A stretch of DNA of 64,000 bases from Octopus sinensis (Eukaryota), in NCBI RefSeq assembly GCF_006345805.1, contig NC_043000.1, positions 12,090,001 through 12,154,000 of the forward strand. The letters are read 5' to 3'. Under the pieces are notes generated by a model that had not been told where the DNA came from, did not search any database, and saw nothing but the letters and a program-made list of their open reading frames with translations. Below are positions 61,565 through 64,000 of this stretch, one piece after another (the stretch's first letter is position 1; the number at the start of each line of letters is the position of its first letter). The position numbers and the translations under genes are program-made.

Positions 61565-61959
61565 TATCTATAGCATGATGCAATCCTGGGACCTACCAAG
61601 TCCTATTAAACTGTCTACCCATGACAGCATAGAGCATGGACATTAAATGATGATGATATATATATTTATATAATAATCTTGTGTGTGTGTGTCAAAAATG
61701 ACCAACACCAAAGTAGGCCTATGACCCAATAACCTTAAAGTTCCCTTCTGTTTGTTATTTAGGAAGGTCCACTATCTACCACTGACTTGCCATGCCTCTT
61801 ACAACCTCATCGTATTTGTTAGCTATGTAAAATGATACATTTGGCTCAAGGACATAATGCATTTCTCAGCCCAAGAATCGAAACCACAATCTAGTGATCA
61901 TGAGTCTAAGACGCATACCTCCACATACATGTATGCATATATGTATATGTATATATCAC

Positions 61960-62410
61960 GGAGTGATTGGCGTTAGGAAGGGCATCCAGCTGTAGAAATA
62001 CTACCAGATCAGACTGGAACCTGGTGCAGCCTCTGGCTTCCCAGACCCCGGTCGAACTGTCCAACCCATGCTAGCATGGAAAGCAGACGTTAAACGATGA
62101 TGATGATGATGATGATATCATCATCATCATTTAACGTCTGTGTTCCATGCTAGTGTGGGTGGGACAGTACCACAAGAGCCGGCCAGACCAAAGCCTGCAC
62201 CAGACTTCTGTGACTGTTTTGGCCGGACTTTTACAGTTGGATGCCCTTCCTAACACCACCCACTCAGCAGAGTGGACTGAGTGCTTTTTATTTGGCGCAA
62301 GCACAGACAAGGTCCGTTTTTGCAAGGTTTTTACAGCTGGATACCCTTCCAAACATCAACCACTTTACAGTGTGGACTGGGTGCTTTTAAGTGGCACCTG
62401 CACTGACAGG
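61960..62410. mobile_element. Tail-to-tail inverted pair of family D retroposon ends
   Basis: ...CATGCTAGCATGGAAAGCAGACGTTAAAC(GAT)n AT(CAT)n TTTAACGTC..CCATGCTAG... Other copies at 45800-45890, 46020-46430, 46790-46960 and 48520-48910. Confidence 0.75.
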
Positions 62411-63104
62411 GTCACCAAGACAAAAACTTTTAAGAGGGGAGGAGGTAATGATGAAAAGATTATAGTGAGACAGATACAGGTGTCTTGCTGTAGAGAAAGT
62501 ACAAGGTTACCCAGGTGGATAGAGAAAGATCAGTAATGAAGACAGAAACAGGTGTGCTACTGCAAAGAAAATGCATGGTTGCCCAACCTGAGGGAAGTAC
62601 AGGAGAAACAGAGAGAGAGACTGCAGGATTCAGATGGTGGCAAAATGCTGGGCATACTCACAAGGATCGGGGATCAGAGTATAAATGAGCTGGTTGAGTA
62701 AAGGAAGAGAGAGATATAGGCAGTGGCAAGTGCCAGGGTATACACTTGAGGTTCAAATGCCATAAGTGACAGGATAGGAGACTGGTACATTCTCAAAATC
62801 TATTTCCTTTTATTTAACAATGTCATATAGCATATTTTTTTCATTACAGCAACCTACACGTGTTTCTATAGCAAAGAGTATGGGCAGTTGCATGTGCAAG
62901 CAGGCATAATTTTCTGAGCAGCTTCATTCAGGTTCTTTCAACCAGCTTGTCTCAAAGTGAACATAGCAGTTCGGCAAAAGAGACCAATAGAATAAGTACT
63001 GGGCTTACAAAGAATAAACCCCAGGGTCGATTTGCTCGACTAAAGGCAGTGCTCCAGCATGGCCACAGTCAAATGACTGAAACAAGTAAAAGAGAGTATA
63101 TATA

Positions 63105-64000
63105 TTGGGTCATCCCATAAATAATGCAGTTTTTCAATTGCATGAACTCAAAGTTGTAGGGGGACAGGATAAACTAAATGCATCAACTTGCTATGAAACC
63201 AGGTAGTAATTTGACCTTGTGCTTATTCTTAGTGCAAGTTTTGAAGAGTTAGCAGTTATTTTTATCAAAGCTATAATGGAAGTAACAAAGGAGCATATTC
63301 AGTATATTTTGCTTTATGAGTTCAATAAAGGCAACAATGCAATGTAAAGTGCAAGGAATATTAATGCAGTATATGGGGGTTGGACAATAAGTGTAAACCA
63401 GTGTTAACAGTGGTTCCAGAAATTCTGAGATGGAAACTACAGCTTAGCGGATAAGCCTCATCCTGGAAGATCTGTAGAACTTGACAAGGATATCCTGAAA
63501 ATCCTGGTGGAACAAAATCCCATCATAACTATTGAGGAACTAGTAGAGGAGCTTGGATTTGGTCATTCAACCACTCATCAACACCTACGTGCCATCAGAA
63601 GAGTCAGCAAATTGGGTCAATGGGTTCCTCACAAACTTTCTGAGTCTAATCGTGTGCAGAGAGTGAATGTGTGCTCTTCTTTGCTGTCACGTCTCACGAA
63701 TGAACCTTTATGGACTGAATAGTGACTGGTGATGAGGAATGGGTTCTCTATAAAAATGTCAAGCACCAAAGACAGTGGGTAGGGAAAGGAGAAACATCAG
63801 CACCGCAGGCTAAAGAAGGTCTTCACCCATGTAAGGTGTTGTTATCTGTTTGGTGGGACATGAAAGGTTTTGTCCGCTTGGAACTTTTAAGCCCAAACCT
63901 AACAATAACAAAGATCTACTGTGAGCAGCTTGAGCAGCATAAGTCAGTGCTAGAAGAAAAATGACCATCTTTGGTTTCAAGACAAAAGGTGTTCTTCCAT
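63105..64000 (+). mobile_element. Mariner transposon, left end and degenerate transposase
   Basis: TA-TTGGGTCATCCCATAA TIR. From ATG 63276: MEVTKEHIQYILLYEFNKG..WVPHKL..VTGDEEWVLY..KVLLSVWWD, with stops and frameshifts. Runs off the window. Confidence 0.9.

Overview
AT-rich eukaryotic DNA dominated by microsatellites and transposable elements. The SINE families and repeat landscape suggest an octopus (cephalopod) genome; this is an inference. The one securely identified gene is the 5' end of a metastasis-associated protein gene (MTA1/2/3 orthologue, NuRD subunit) on the minus strand. Its three coding exons (57963-57990, 55982-56049, 53312-53405) splice to [63 protein letters not shown], the start of the BAH domain. 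I could not find the next conserved exon in the remaining 53 kb, which includes a 100-N gap (33512-33611) next to a ~12 kb purine-pyrimidine satellite. The rest is SINEs of several tRNA-derived families, LINE remnants (R4/Dong, CR1-like, RTE, Tx1-like), DNA transposon remnants (mariner, maT/Tc1, hAT) and simple repeats. The most interesting observations are: a minimal hammerhead-ribozyme fold typical of Penelope-like elements plus two variants; a repeated ~50-bp CCAAT module and possible antisense first exons in MTA intron 2; a cluster of retroelements inserted into (AAT)n; a shared LINE/SINE 3' tail; a probable SINE 3' transduction; and inverted SINE pairs that could form dsRNA. Almost all long ORFs in the ORF track are simple-repeat artefacts.
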